Shown here: one piece after another, positions 1 to 9,372 of the stretch
Numbering within the stretch: position 1 is the stretch's first letter
Layout of the letters: every line of letters starts with the position of its first letter
Made by a program: the position numbers and the translations under genes
Assembly: GCA_964457835.1 (NCBI GenBank)
Contig: CAYWGJ010000006.1
Span: forward strand, 402-64,401
Direction of reading: 5' to 3'
Length of the DNA stretch: 64,000 nt
Origin: an uncultured Anaerolineaceae bacterium
GTDB lineage: Bacteria > Chloroflexota > Anaerolineae > Aggregatilineales > Phototrophicaceae
Notes under the pieces: model-generated
Told to the model about the DNA's origin: nothing
The model's database searches: none
Seen by the model: only the letters and a program-made list of their open reading frames with translations

Positions 1-690
1 CGCTGCATCGGCTGGAGTCGCCACGCCGCCCGCCGCGAAGTTAACCACCGGCAGCCGGCCTGATGCCGCGGTTTCTTTAACCAGGCCGTAGGGCGCACCG
101 ATTTCTTTGGCGTAGGTATACAGCTCGTCATCGTCCATGCTGCTCACGCGACGAATTTCACCCATCACTGCGCGAGCGTGACGCACTGCCTCCACGACAT
201 CACCGGTGCCGGCCTCACCCTTGGTGCGGATAAAAGCCGCGCCTTCTTTAATGCGGCGCAGTGCTTCACCTAGATTGCGGGCACCACACACAAAGGGCAC
301 GCTGAACTTGTGCTTGTTGACGTGATGCTCTTCATCCGCGGGGGTCAGCACTTCGCTCTCGTCGATGTAATCAATGCCCAATGCCTGGAGAATCTGCGCC
401 TCGACGAAGTGCCCGATGCGTACCTTCGCCATCACGGGAATACTCACCGTGTCCATGATGCGCTGGATCATGTCGGGGTCGCTCATACGGGCTACGCCAC
501 CCGTCACGCGGATGTCGGCGGGGATGCGTTCCAAGGCCATGACCGCCACCGCGCCGGCGTCTTCTGCGATCTTGGCTTGTTCGGGTGTCACCACATCCAT
601 GATGACACCGCCCTTGAGCATCTGTGCCAGGCCGCGCTTGACCTTCTCAGTGCCGGTTTCACTGCCGTTGTGGTTGCCGTTTTCAGTCAT
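1..690 (-). CDS. pdxS: Pyridoxal 5'-phosphate synthase subunit PdxS (3' end runs off the window start)
   Basis: Own reverse-strand translation from ATG at 690-688: MTENGN...[44 protein letters not shown]...[31 protein letters not shown]. The frame stays open to position 1, so it is truncated and absent from the ORF track. Confidence 0.9.
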   Translation of the reverse strand, partial: MTENGNHNGSETGTEKVKRGLAQMLKGGVIMDVVTPEQAKIAEDAGAVAVMALERIPADIRVTGGVARMSDPDMIQRIMDTVSIPVMAKVRIGHFVEAQILQALGIDYIDESEVLTPADEEHHVNKHKFSVPFVCGARNLGEALRRIKEGAAFIRTKGEAGTGDVVEAVRHARAVMGEIRRVSSMDDDELYTYAKEIGAPYGLVKETAASGRLPVVNFAAGGVATPADAA

Positions 691-878
691 CGCTGTGTCT
701 CTCTTCACTATGTTTATTGTCCGATAAGACGAGCTTTATCCTCAGCCTAGCCCTCGCATAGATCGGTCTGTATGTCCATTAAAGACCATTCAATCCGCAG
801 CATTCGACGTGGATGATGCTTGTGCGTGGGGACGCAGGCTGTTGTATACTGTAGGCATCAGGCAGAGATCATACACTA

Positions 879-1442
879 ATGGAACAAACAGGGTCAATCT
901 ACAACGACAGCGGTGTCACCTTGAGTGGCAGCGGCCTCAGTGATACGGAAGTAGCGTTGTTGAAGCAGCGTGCGACCCAATACGCGGCACGGGCATCGCA
1001 TCAGGAATCGACGGCGCAAAACCGGATAATGACGCTTTTGGTCTTCAACCTGGGCGAAGAGCGCTATGGCATTGACGTGATGACGGTGCGTGCAGTGCGT
1101 GTGCTGCCGCGCATCACGCGCGTGCCAGGCATTTCTACGTTCTACCGAGGAGTCGTTAACTTACGCGGCCAGATCATTACCGTGCTGGACCTCAGCCGCT
1201 TCTTCAACATTCCCTTGCATGAACACGATCCGAAGGAATTGATCGTCGTGCAAGTCAACAGCCTGGAGATCGCACTGCTGGCCGACTTAGTGACTGATGT
1301 GGAACGTGTGTCTCGTGATGCGCTTCAACCTTTTGAACAGTTTCGCCATACGCTGGGTGTTACGGCACAGCGTCTGGTGGTCCTGGATTTACAGCAAATG
1401 TTTGATGATGAACGCTTAGTTGCGGGGGCTGCTGATGACTGA
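879..1442 (+). CDS. cheW: CheW-like chemotaxis coupling protein
   Basis: 187 aa with a CheW core: LVFNLGEERYGIDVMTVRAVRVLPRITRVPG...VVNLRGQIITVLDL. Its stop overlaps the next gene's ATG (ATGACTGA). The N-terminal ~45 aa may be an extension or a start miscall. Confidence 0.85.
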   Translation: MEQTGSIYNDSGVTLSGSGLSDTEVALLKQRATQYAARASHQESTAQNRIMTLLVFNLGEERYGIDVMTVRAVRVLPRITRVPGISTFYRGVVNLRGQIITVLDLSRFFNIPLHEHDPKELIVVQVNSLEIALLADLVTDVERVSRDALQPFEQFRHTLGVTAQRLVVLDLQQMFDDERLVAGAADD

Positions 1443-2697
1443 ACAACCTCTACCTGCTTCACCGAATGCCGTATTGCAGTCCACCACCCAGGTCATGCGC
1501 AGCGCTTTAACGATGATGACGCGCGGCACCGTGATAGCGATGGGTGCAGCGGCATTTTTCCCTTCTGCGCTCATGGCCTTGCTTATGCTGGCTGATCCCA
1601 ACACAGAGCGCGGTATTATTGTGATCCCACTGCTGGCACTGTTGGGCGGCTTAGGCTTAGGCGTCATCGTCCATCGGATGTCCAACCGCAGTGTGGACCG
1701 CGTACTTCAGGAGTATATGTCCATTCTTGAGCAGGTGGCACAGGGAGACCTGTCACAGCGCCTACCGCCGCCTCAGGGTATCAGCGGCACGGATCAACGC
1801 ATGGTGTCCCAGTTGGCTGGCACGGTGAACCAAATGCTTGATCGCTTGCAGGGCGTCATGGTGGAGATTACTAACACGCTCAATCGTCTGGATACAGATA
1901 CCCAAGCCATCCTGGACGCAACCTCGCGTCAGATTACCATGGCAAATGAACAGGACGCCGTGGTGACAGAAACCACCGCGACTGTTAACGAAGTGCGTGC
2001 GACTGTCACCGAAACAGCTGAACGTGCCCAAAGCGTGGCTGAAACCGCACAGGTCTCCGTGGACATCTCACGCACTGGTACCGATGCCGTGTCTGAGACG
2101 ATTTCCGGTATGGACCTCATCCGCCGCCGCGTGGAGGACATCGCCGACAATATCCTGGTGCTTTCCGAGCACACTCAGCAGATCGGTGAGATCATCGCAG
2201 CAGTGAATAACCTGGCCGATCAATCACGGATGCTGGCGCTGAATGCATCCGTGGAGGCGGCGCGGGCTGGTGAAGAAGGCAAGGGTTTCGCCGTGGTCGC
2301 CATGGAAGTGCGGAACCTTGCGGATCAGAACCGCGACGCAACCGTGCAGGTCCGCGAGATTCTCGGTGAGATTCAGCGCGCGACGAACGCTGCTGTGATG
2401 GTCACTGAAGAGGGCAGCAAGGGTGTAGACGAAGGTCAACAGTTGGTCAACAAAGCCGGCGAGTCCATCCGCGACCTTGCCAACGCCATCGAAGAGGCAG
2501 CGCTAGCGGCCATGCAGATCGCCGCCAGTACTCGGCAGCAAACTGTCGGCATGGACCAGCTCACCAGCGCTATGCGCACCATCAAGCACGCGACCACGGA
2601 GACGGTCAGCAGCACCATGCAGGTAGAGGCCAGTGTGCAGCGCCTGCGTGAAGCCGCCGACCGTGTGAACGAGGTCTTGAGTGGGTTGAAGCTGTAG
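1435..2697 (+). CDS. Methyl-accepting chemotaxis protein (2 TM, HAMP, no periplasmic sensor domain)
   Basis: Conserved MCP signalling hairpin: IAAVNNLADQSRMLALNASVEAARAGEEGKGFAVVAMEVRNLADQ. Two N-terminal hydrophobic helices are joined by an ~8-aa loop, followed by a HAMP-like segment. ATG 1435 is preferred; the ORF track starts at TTG 1420. Confidence 0.85.
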   Translation: MTEQPLPASPNAVLQSTTQVMRSALTMMTRGTVIAMGAAAFFPSALMALLMLADPNTERGIIVIPLLALLGGLGLGVIVHRMSNRSVDRVLQEYMSILEQVAQGDLSQRLPPPQGISGTDQRMVSQLAGTVNQMLDRLQGVMVEITNTLNRLDTDTQAILDATSRQITMANEQDAVVTETTATVNEVRATVTETAERAQSVAETAQVSVDISRTGTDAVSETISGMDLIRRRVEDIADNILVLSEHTQQIGEIIAAVNNLADQSRMLALNASVEAARAGEEGKGFAVVAMEVRNLADQNRDATVQVREILGEIQRATNAAVMVTEEGSKGVDEGQQLVNKAGESIRDLANAIEEAALAAMQIAASTRQQTVGMDQLTSAMRTIKHATTETVSSTMQVEASVQRLREAADRVNEVLSGLKL

Positions 2698-2700
2698 GCG

Positions 2701-5139
2701 ATGTCTGAAAACGAACTGCTGAGCATCTTCCGCGATGAAGTAAAAGAATACCTGGAAAACCTCAACGCTGCGCTGCTCGACGTGGAAATGAAGGACCTCA
2801 GCGATCCCACGTTCAAGCCCACGATCGTGGAGATGAACCGTTGGGCGCACAGTATGAAAGGTGCAGCACGGGCGGTAGGCATCAGCATGATTGAAACCCT
2901 CTCGCATTACATGGAAGAGGTCTTCAATGCCATGCTCGATGAACGTTTGGCACTGGCCCCGGAGGTTGCTGATACACTCTACGATAGTCTCGACTTGATC
3001 GAGAACATCATGAACGAACAAGAGATCAACGAGGACGTGGCGTCGGAGGTGTTAGCACGCCTTGAACAGATGGTGGTCAGCCAGGCTGATGGGGGTTCAA
3101 CGAATGGCACTGCTGATCCGCGCGCGCGCACGGACAGCCAACAGGTGGTTGCTGTGCCTTCGGTCAAGCTGAATACGGTTGACGATGAACCCGCGGTGGC
3201 CGACTCTGACCTGCGTGAAGGGGCTGAACACAGCCCGCGTGCTGCGCGCAGGTCGCATGATACCAACACACAGCCCACGATCATTGCTCAGCAGCCTACC
3301 AACAAACGCGACCCCCACGTAACACAGACCGTCTCGATCCCACCACCGGACCCGCAGACTATCGCCATACGCCCCGTTGAGGAGACGGTGCGCGTCACAG
3401 TCAGCAAACTGGACCGCCTCATGGCGGAGGCTACCGAACTGATCGTCGCCAAGATGCGCGGTGAAGAGCGCCAGCGTGATGTGCAAAGTCTGCGCCTCAC
3501 CCTGGTTAAATGGCAGCGTGAATGGCGGGCGGTGCGCTCGGCTTATATCCGCTTGGTACGGCGCGTGCAGGATCAAGAATACGACGCAGGCGAACTGCCG
3601 GTGCTCTTCAAGTTCTTAGAGACCAACCAGCGCTATCTGTTGGATACTAACCGCCGCTTGTCCACATTGGCTCAGGCTGTGGCCCAGGATAACCTGCACC
3701 TCACCACACTCAGTGACCAGCTTCAGGACGAGATCGACGCTATGCGCTTGATCCCCTTTGATGCGTTGGTCGGCAGTTATCAGCGGGTGGTGCGTGACCT
3801 GGCGCGCGATACCGGCAAACAGGTGCACATTGACATCGTGGGTGCTTACGTCGAAATTGACAAGACCGTGCTGGATGCTCTGCGTGACCCGCTAATGCAT
3901 CTAGTGCGTAACGCCGTAGACCATGGCATCGAACCCCCCGCTGAGCGTGAGGCCGCCGGTAAGTTTAGTATCGGGCGTGTGCTGTTGAGTGTCGAGCAGC
4001 GTGGTGGTGAGATCGTGCTGGTTGTGGCGGATGATGGCGCAGGGATCGACCCAGTTCGGGTACGGCGTTCGGTGGTTAAGCGCGGCATTTTGTCACAAAG
4101 CGAAGCTGACGCCTTGAGTGACGATGAGGCGCGCTTCTTTATTTTTCACCCGGGGCTTTCCACCAGCGATACCGTGACGACCATCAGTGGGCGCGGTTTG
4201 GGCATGGACATCGTGCGCGAACGCGTGGAGAGCCTGCGCGGTCGTGTGAGCATCAACAGCGAATTAGGCGCGGGCACGCGTGTGACGATCAATGTGCCGG
4301 TATCGCTGACGCGCATCCGCTGTATTTTGCTGCGCCTGGGCGAAGAACAATTCGCCATTCCCTCCGTTGTGGTTGAACGCATGGACACCCGCTACCGCGA
4401 GGACGTATTCACCGCCGAAGGCCGCGACATGATCGTTATCAACGGTCAGCCGACGCCCTTGGTCAGCCTGGGCGCGGTGCTGAACATGCCTTCAGCCGCG
4501 GACCCGACCTCAGAACAGCTTCACATGCTGCTGCTGCACTCGGCGAACCGTGCCATGGCCTTTGAGGTCGATGGCCTGCTCAATGAACTGGAGCTGGTGC
4601 TCAAACCCTTAGGGCCGGAGCTGGCGCGCACGCGTTTTGTGTCCGGTGCGGCGCTGCTGGGTACGGGGGATGTTGTCATCGTGCTGGATTCTAACGATCT
4701 GGTGCGGGCTGCTGCCGGTGCCGAACTGCCGCGCCGCAAGATGACGACAATCACCGCTCCGGTTGTCACGCAGCGGCGGATGCGGGTGTTGGTGGCCGAT
4801 GATTCCATTACGACGCGCACGCTGGAAAAGAACATTTTGGAAACAGCAGGCTTTGAGGTGCGGGTCGCGATTGACGGCATCGAAGCGTGGTCTATGTTGG
4901 CTGAGGACGATTACGACGTGGTAATCAGCGACGTGGAGATGCCCAATATGAACGGCCTGGAGCTGACCCAGCAGATTAAGCATAGCGATGCGTATCGGCA
5001 CATTCCTGTCATTCTACTAACCTCATTGGGCAAGCCGGAGCAGCGTGAGGCGGGGCTGCGTGCTGGCGCTGACGCCTATCTGGTGAAGTCGCAGTTCGAC
5101 CAAGGTGAGCTGTTAGCGACCATCCAGGCCGTCATCTAA
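2701..5139 (+). CDS. cheA: CheA histidine kinase fused to a C-terminal receiver domain (CheA-REC hybrid)
   Basis: Hpt domain (WAHSMKGAARAVG). Kinase core (DPLMHLVRNAVDHGIE, VADDGAGID, SGRGLGMDIV). CheW-like P5 region. Receiver domain (RVLVADDSITTR...DVVISDVEMPNMNG...ADAYLVKS). Confidence 0.9.
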   Translation: MSENELLSIFRDEVKEYLENLNAALLDVEMKDLSDPTFKPTIVEMNRWAHSMKGAARAVGISMIETLSHYMEEVFNAMLDERLALAPEVADTLYDSLDLIENIMNEQEINEDVASEVLARLEQMVVSQADGGSTNGTADPRARTDSQQVVAVPSVKLNTVDDEPAVADSDLREGAEHSPRAARRSHDTNTQPTIIAQQPTNKRDPHVTQTVSIPPPDPQTIAIRPVEETVRVTVSKLDRLMAEATELIVAKMRGEERQRDVQSLRLTLVKWQREWRAVRSAYIRLVRRVQDQEYDAGELPVLFKFLETNQRYLLDTNRRLSTLAQAVAQDNLHLTTLSDQLQDEIDAMRLIPFDALVGSYQRVVRDLARDTGKQVHIDIVGAYVEIDKTVLDALRDPLMHLVRNAVDHGIEPPAEREAAGKFSIGRVLLSVEQRGGEIVLVVADDGAGIDPVRVRRSVVKRGILSQSEADALSDDEARFFIFHPGLSTSDTVTTISGRGLGMDIVRERVESLRGRVSINSELGAGTRVTINVPVSLTRIRCILLRLGEEQFAIPSVVVERMDTRYREDVFTAEGRDMIVINGQPTPLVSLGAVLNMPSAADPTSEQLHMLLLHSANRAMAFEVDGLLNELELVLKPLGPELARTRFVSGAALLGTGDVVIVLDSNDLVRAAAGAELPRRKMTTITAPVVTQRRMRVLVADDSITTRTLEKNILETAGFEVRVAIDGIEAWSMLAEDDYDVVISDVEMPNMNGLELTQQIKHSDAYRHIPVILLTSLGKPEQREAGLRAGADAYLVKSQFDQGELLATIQAVI

Positions 5140-5203
5140 GCGCATGTCAGTCTCGAAAAGCACCCCGCCCCTGTGTATAGTGTAACATCGCGCTCAACAG
5201 GGG

Positions 5204-8200
5204 GTGATGTCTATGCGTCGTGACCTGGCGGTAATCGGGCTGCTCTTCCTGCTGCCCTTAATCCTCTTCTGGCAGCAGACGGTAGGTGGGGCCACCCTGC
5301 TGCCTAGCGAAAACCTCTATCAATACGAACCCTATGCTACCTACGCGGAAGTGGTACAGGTGCCCTCACTGCCACACAATGCCCTGCTCAGTGATTTGGT
5401 GCTGCAAAATTTCCAATGGAAAGCCTTCATCCGCGACAGCTTCGCTCAAGGCGAGATTCCACTGTGGAACCCGCATCAATTTGCTGGCATTCCCTTCATG
5501 GCCGCGGGGCAGCAGTCCACACTTTACCCGCTCAGCCTGGTCTATTATGTGCTGCCGCTGCCCAGTGCGTATGGGTGGTTTACACTGCTGAACCTGTGGC
5601 TGGCCGGGGCCTTTATGTACGCTCTGATGCGCGGCCTGGGAACGGCCCGTCTCAGCGCTGCGTTAAGCGGCATCACGTATCAACTGGCGGGAATGTTCGT
5701 CGCCAGCGCGGTGCATCCGATGATTATCGGTACGATCGTGTGGATGCCGCTGCTGCTGCTTATGGGGGAGTACGTGCTGCGGGCGCGGCCTTTCTTAGGG
5801 CGGCCCGCCCGCGCGCCGTGGATGGCTGTCGGTGCGGCAGCGCTGGCTTTTGCGATCCTGGCTGGGCACGTCGAAATCATGATCTACACCCTGTTGATCT
5901 TGGCCTATGTCGCCGGGCTGCGTTTGCTGCTGCTGGCCTGGACGGAGCGCGGTCGGGTGGGTTTCTGGCGTGTGAGCCTGATACCAACGGCCTGGCTGGG
6001 CGCGATGGTTGGGCTGGGTATCGGTATCGCAGCGATTCAGCTTGTGCCGCTATATGAGTTCGTCAGCACGAATTGGCGTGCCGAACGGGGCAGCCTGGAA
6101 ACGGTGCTCAGCTATGCGCATCCAGCCCGCGACCTCGTGCAGTACGTCATGCCCAATTTCTACGGCAGCCCGGCGCAGCACAGCCTGTTTGACGTGTTCG
6201 GTGGTGCCTGGGTACCGCTGGATTTTGTGCATCCGGAGGACAGCACTTACGCTGGTCAGCGCATCACAAATAGCGAGTGGGGTATCAAGAATTATGTGGA
6301 GGCAGCGCTGTACGTCGGCATCCTGCCGCTGATGCTGGCTGCTGTTGGCTTGATCTGGCCGCGCCGCAATGCGCCGGTGCCGAACGCGCTGCGCTGGGTC
6401 TATGGTCTGTTGGCGCTGCTGAGCCTGAGCTTTATGTTCGGTCTGCCGACTTATGCGCTGATTTACTGGCTGCCGGGGATAAATCAGCTCAACACTGCGT
6501 TTCGCTGGGTCTTTGGTGTGACTGTGGCAGTGGCGGTGTTGGCTGGTTTTGGCGTGGATGTGCTGCTTCAGCAGCCTCGTCTGCGGCGGCGTATTGGTAT
6601 AGCGGGGTCTGCGCTCGGTACGCTGACGTTGGGTGGTTTGCTGTTGAGCTATGTGCTGTATCCGTCATTGGAGCCGCTGTTTGAGTCGCTGCGCACCGGC
6701 CTGCTCAACGCGGACCGTGTGTTTCAGGATGCAGCAGCCTTTTACGGGCACCTTTTCAGCAACGTGTTGGTTTTTGGCGTTGTGATGCTCTTCAGTGGGC
6801 TGGCACTGCTGCTGCCCTGGGGGGACGATGCGCCAACCTCACGCCGGTCGCTGCTGGCACAGAGCGCGGTGTTAGTCGTCCTGGCCGTGGACCTGCTGGT
6901 GGCGTCCTGGGGGTTCAACCCGGCCTCGGACCCGGCACTGTTGGATTTCACGCCGCCGACGCTCCAATGGCTGCAAGCCGAACGGGACGCACAGCCGGAT
7001 CAACCATGGCGCTATACGGTGGTCAATGCGGCGGGCCAGCGGGATATTCTGAGGGCTAACGCCGGACTACGCTACGGCCTGGACGACGTGCGCGGCTACG
7101 ACAGTATCATCTCGCGCCAGTACGTTGATTACATGCGGACTGTGCATCCCCAGAACCAGCTTGATTTTAATCGGGTCGCGCCGCTGTATACCTGGGATGA
7201 TCCGGAGTCCGTGATCGCGTCGGAGCGCTTCAACCGGCTGAACCTGCGTTACATTGTTACCCACAAGGCTGTGGACTTTACCGACCCCGCGCTGACCCTG
7301 GTCCATGAGGATGAGGCGCTGCGCGTGTGGGCCAACAGCCGGGCGTATCCGCGCGCCTTCACTTTGGACGACCCCGCTGACATCGACTCTTGGCGGCGCG
7401 TGGCCCACACCCCTGCACGGATCACGGCGAACACCGGGCGCGAGAAAGTCGTCGCGGTGGTGATTGACACGCCGACCTGGTTGGTGGTCAGCGAGACCTA
7501 TGCACCCGGCTGGCGGGCATACATCCGGCCTGCGGATGCTGCCGAAGATAGGGACGAGGTGCAGCTCGATTTAGAACGAGTCTACGACAACTTCCAGGGG
7601 GTGTATCTGCCGGATGCCGGTGCCTGGGCACTCCGATTGATCTACAGCCCGACGAGCTTCCAGGTGGGTTTCTTCGGCTCGGCGATCAGCGGAGCAGTGG
7701 TGCTGCTGGCACTGGGCATATGGCTGTGGCGGACATTTGTCGCAGTGCAGGACAGCGATAACGTGAGTGCAACTTCGCGCTTAGCACGTAACAGCCTGGC
7801 ACCTATCTTGCTCAATCTCTTCAATCGTGGCATCGATTTTGTGTTCGCCTTCGTGATGTTCCGCATTCTGGGGCCGGAAAACGCGGGTCTCTACTACTAT
7901 GCTATTGTCGTCTTCGGCTGGTTTGACATCTTTACCAACTTCGGCCTGGATTTGTACTTGATGCGCGAAGCTGGACGCGCGCGTGAGCAGTCCGGCGTGC
8001 TGCTCTTTAACACCAGCGCGCTGCGGTTATCGATGGTGGTGTTGGGCATACCGCTGTTGATGGCCTTCCTCCTGCTGCGTCAGGCGGTGGCTGATCCGCT
8101 TAATGCGGAGGTGTTGCTGACGATTGCGCTCTTCTACCTCGGCTTGATCCCTGGCAGCCTGAGCAAAGGCCTGACCTCGCTTTTCTACGCTTTCGAGCGC

Positions 8201-9250
8201 GCGGAATACCCGGCGGCAGTCACGACTGTGACGACGGTCAGTAAAGTAGTGCTGGGCTTGGTGGCGCTGTTGGTGGGTTGGGGGATTGTCGGGCTGGCGG
8301 CGGTGAGTATCTTCACTAACTTCGTGACGCTGGGCGTACTTTATGTCGGGGGGCGGCGGCTGCTTGGGCACATTGACTCTTACCGCCCAGATGGGGGGCG
8401 TATGCGCGGCATGGTCCGTGAGAGCTGGCCGTTGATGTTGAATCACTTCTTGGCAACGGTCTTCTTCCAGATCGACATTGTGCTGCTGGAAGGCATCAAA
8501 GGCGCGCGAACGGTTGGCCTGTACCGCGTGGCGTATAGCTGGCTGCTAGCCATCAACATTATTCCGGCGTTCTTCACGCAGGCTCTGCTGCCGGTGATGT
8601 CACGTCAGGCGCAGACGGACCGCGCGGTATTGGCACGGACATACAGCCTGGGGATCAAGCTGCTGGTGAGTGTGGCGGTGCCCGTAGCGGTTGTCTTCAC
8701 TTTCCTGGCAGAACCGCTGACCTGGATTCTGGGTGGTGAGGCCTATTTGCCGGAGGGAGCGGTGGCTTTGCAAATCATGATCTGGAGCATTCCCATAGGC
8801 TGGATGAACAGTCTGACGCAGTACGCGCTCATCGCGGTGGATTTACAGCGGCGTATCACCGGGGCTTTCGTGATCGCGGTCGGCTTCAACCTGTCGGCTA
8901 ACCTGCTGTTGATCCCGGCCTATGGGTTTCAGGCGGCAGCGGTGACGACAATTCTGTCGGAGATGGTACTGTTGGTTCCCTTTGCCTTTTTGATGCAGAG
9001 CGCATTGGGCCGTTTGTCCTGGGTGGACATGGTGTGGCGGCAGGTGGTGGCTGGGACGGTTATGCTCGTCGCGGCGCTGCTGCTGTGGCCGGTGCAGCCG
9101 CTGCTGGCTTTGATTGCGTCCTCCGCAGTGTATGGTGTGCTGCTGATGGCGCTGCGACTCTTCAGCCCGACGGAGTGGGCAATGTTAGCGCCGGTCTTGC
9201 CCGGGCGCCTACGTTACCGCTTGGTGGCGCGGCTGGAAAGCACACAGTGA
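5204..9250 (+). CDS. Giant polytopic membrane protein: YfhO-like GT-C glycosyltransferase (N-terminal ~850 aa) fused to a Wzx/MOP-type polysaccharide flippase (C-terminal ~490 aa)
   Basis: Single uninterrupted 1348-aa ORF. The N-terminal part is YfhO-like (LSDLVLQNFQWKAFIRDSFAQGEIPLWNPHQFAGIPFMAAGQQSTLYPL...; YAPGWRAYI... plus a terminal TM helix). From about nt 7780 it is flippase-like (LARNSLAPILLNLFNRGIDFVFAFVMFRILGPENAGLYYY...). The real start may be ATG 5207 or 5213. Confidence 0.7.
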   Translation: MMSMRRDLAVIGLLFLLPLILFWQQTVGGATLLPSENLYQYEPYATYAEVVQVPSLPHNALLSDLVLQNFQWKAFIRDSFAQGEIPLWNPHQFAGIPFMAAGQQSTLYPLSLVYYVLPLPSAYGWFTLLNLWLAGAFMYALMRGLGTARLSAALSGITYQLAGMFVASAVHPMIIGTIVWMPLLLLMGEYVLRARPFLGRPARAPWMAVGAAALAFAILAGHVEIMIYTLLILAYVAGLRLLLLAWTERGRVGFWRVSLIPTAWLGAMVGLGIGIAAIQLVPLYEFVSTNWRAERGSLETVLSYAHPARDLVQYVMPNFYGSPAQHSLFDVFGGAWVPLDFVHPEDSTYAGQRITNSEWGIKNYVEAALYVGILPLMLAAVGLIWPRRNAPVPNALRWVYGLLALLSLSFMFGLPTYALIYWLPGINQLNTAFRWVFGVTVAVAVLAGFGVDVLLQQPRLRRRIGIAGSALGTLTLGGLLLSYVLYPSLEPLFESLRTGLLNADRVFQDAAAFYGHLFSNVLVFGVVMLFSGLALLLPWGDDAPTSRRSLLAQSAVLVVLAVDLLVASWGFNPASDPALLDFTPPTLQWLQAERDAQPDQPWRYTVVNAAGQRDILRANAGLRYGLDDVRGYDSIISRQYVDYMRTVHPQNQLDFNRVAPLYTWDDPESVIASERFNRLNLRYIVTHKAVDFTDPALTLVHEDEALRVWANSRAYPRAFTLDDPADIDSWRRVAHTPARITANTGREKVVAVVIDTPTWLVVSETYAPGWRAYIRPADAAEDRDEVQLDLERVYDNFQGVYLPDAGAWALRLIYSPTSFQVGFFGSAISGAVVLLALGIWLWRTFVAVQDSDNVSATSRLARNSLAPILLNLFNRGIDFVFAFVMFRILGPENAGLYYYAIVVFGWFDIFTNFGLDLYLMREAGRAREQSGVLLFNTSALRLSMVVLGIPLLMAFLLLRQAVADPLNAEVLLTIALFYLGLIPGSLSKGLTSLFYAFERAEYPAAVTTVTTVSKVVLGLVALLVGWGIVGLAAVSIFTNFVTLGVLYVGGRRLLGHIDSYRPDGGRMRGMVRESWPLMLNHFLATVFFQIDIVLLEGIKGARTVGLYRVAYSWLLAINIIPAFFTQALLPVMSRQAQTDRAVLARTYSLGIKLLVSVAVPVAVVFTFLAEPLTWILGGEAYLPEGAVALQIMIWSIPIGWMNSLTQYALIAVDLQRRITGAFVIAVGFNLSANLLLIPAYGFQAAAVTTILSEMVLLVPFAFLMQSALGRLSWVDMVWRQVVAGTVMLVAALLLWPVQPLLALIASSAVYGVLLMALRLFSPTEWAMLAPVLPGRLRYRLVARLESTQ

Positions 9251-9272
9251 GGCGTCTGCACGCGCCTCACTG
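9245..9272 (+). terminator. Terminator-like hairpin overlapping the stop codon of the giant membrane gene
   Basis: CAGTGAGGCG (9245-9254) pairs with CGCCTCACTG (9263-9272), giving 10 bp and an 8-nt loop. There is no clear U-tract afterwards. Confidence 0.35.
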
Positions 9273-9372
9273 TTAGGTGATCGTGTTGAGCTTTCATTGC
9301 TGTAGGCTTTCGCGGTGTGTTAGTAAGCTGGGTCTGCGCACTATGGCGTTGGCCCCCTGTGCTGAGAATCGT

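Noticed and set aside
310-750. Plus-strand ORFs of 146 and 117 aa at the window start
   Set aside because: They lie antisense to an unmistakable pdxS reading frame and have no recognisable motifs. They are high-GC antisense artefacts.
5286-8446. Multiple 60-213-aa out-of-frame or antisense ORFs inside the giant membrane gene
   Set aside because: All are nested in the continuous 1348-aa frame, which has coherent TM and domain architecture. The nested translations are Arg/Ala/Gly-rich and featureless.
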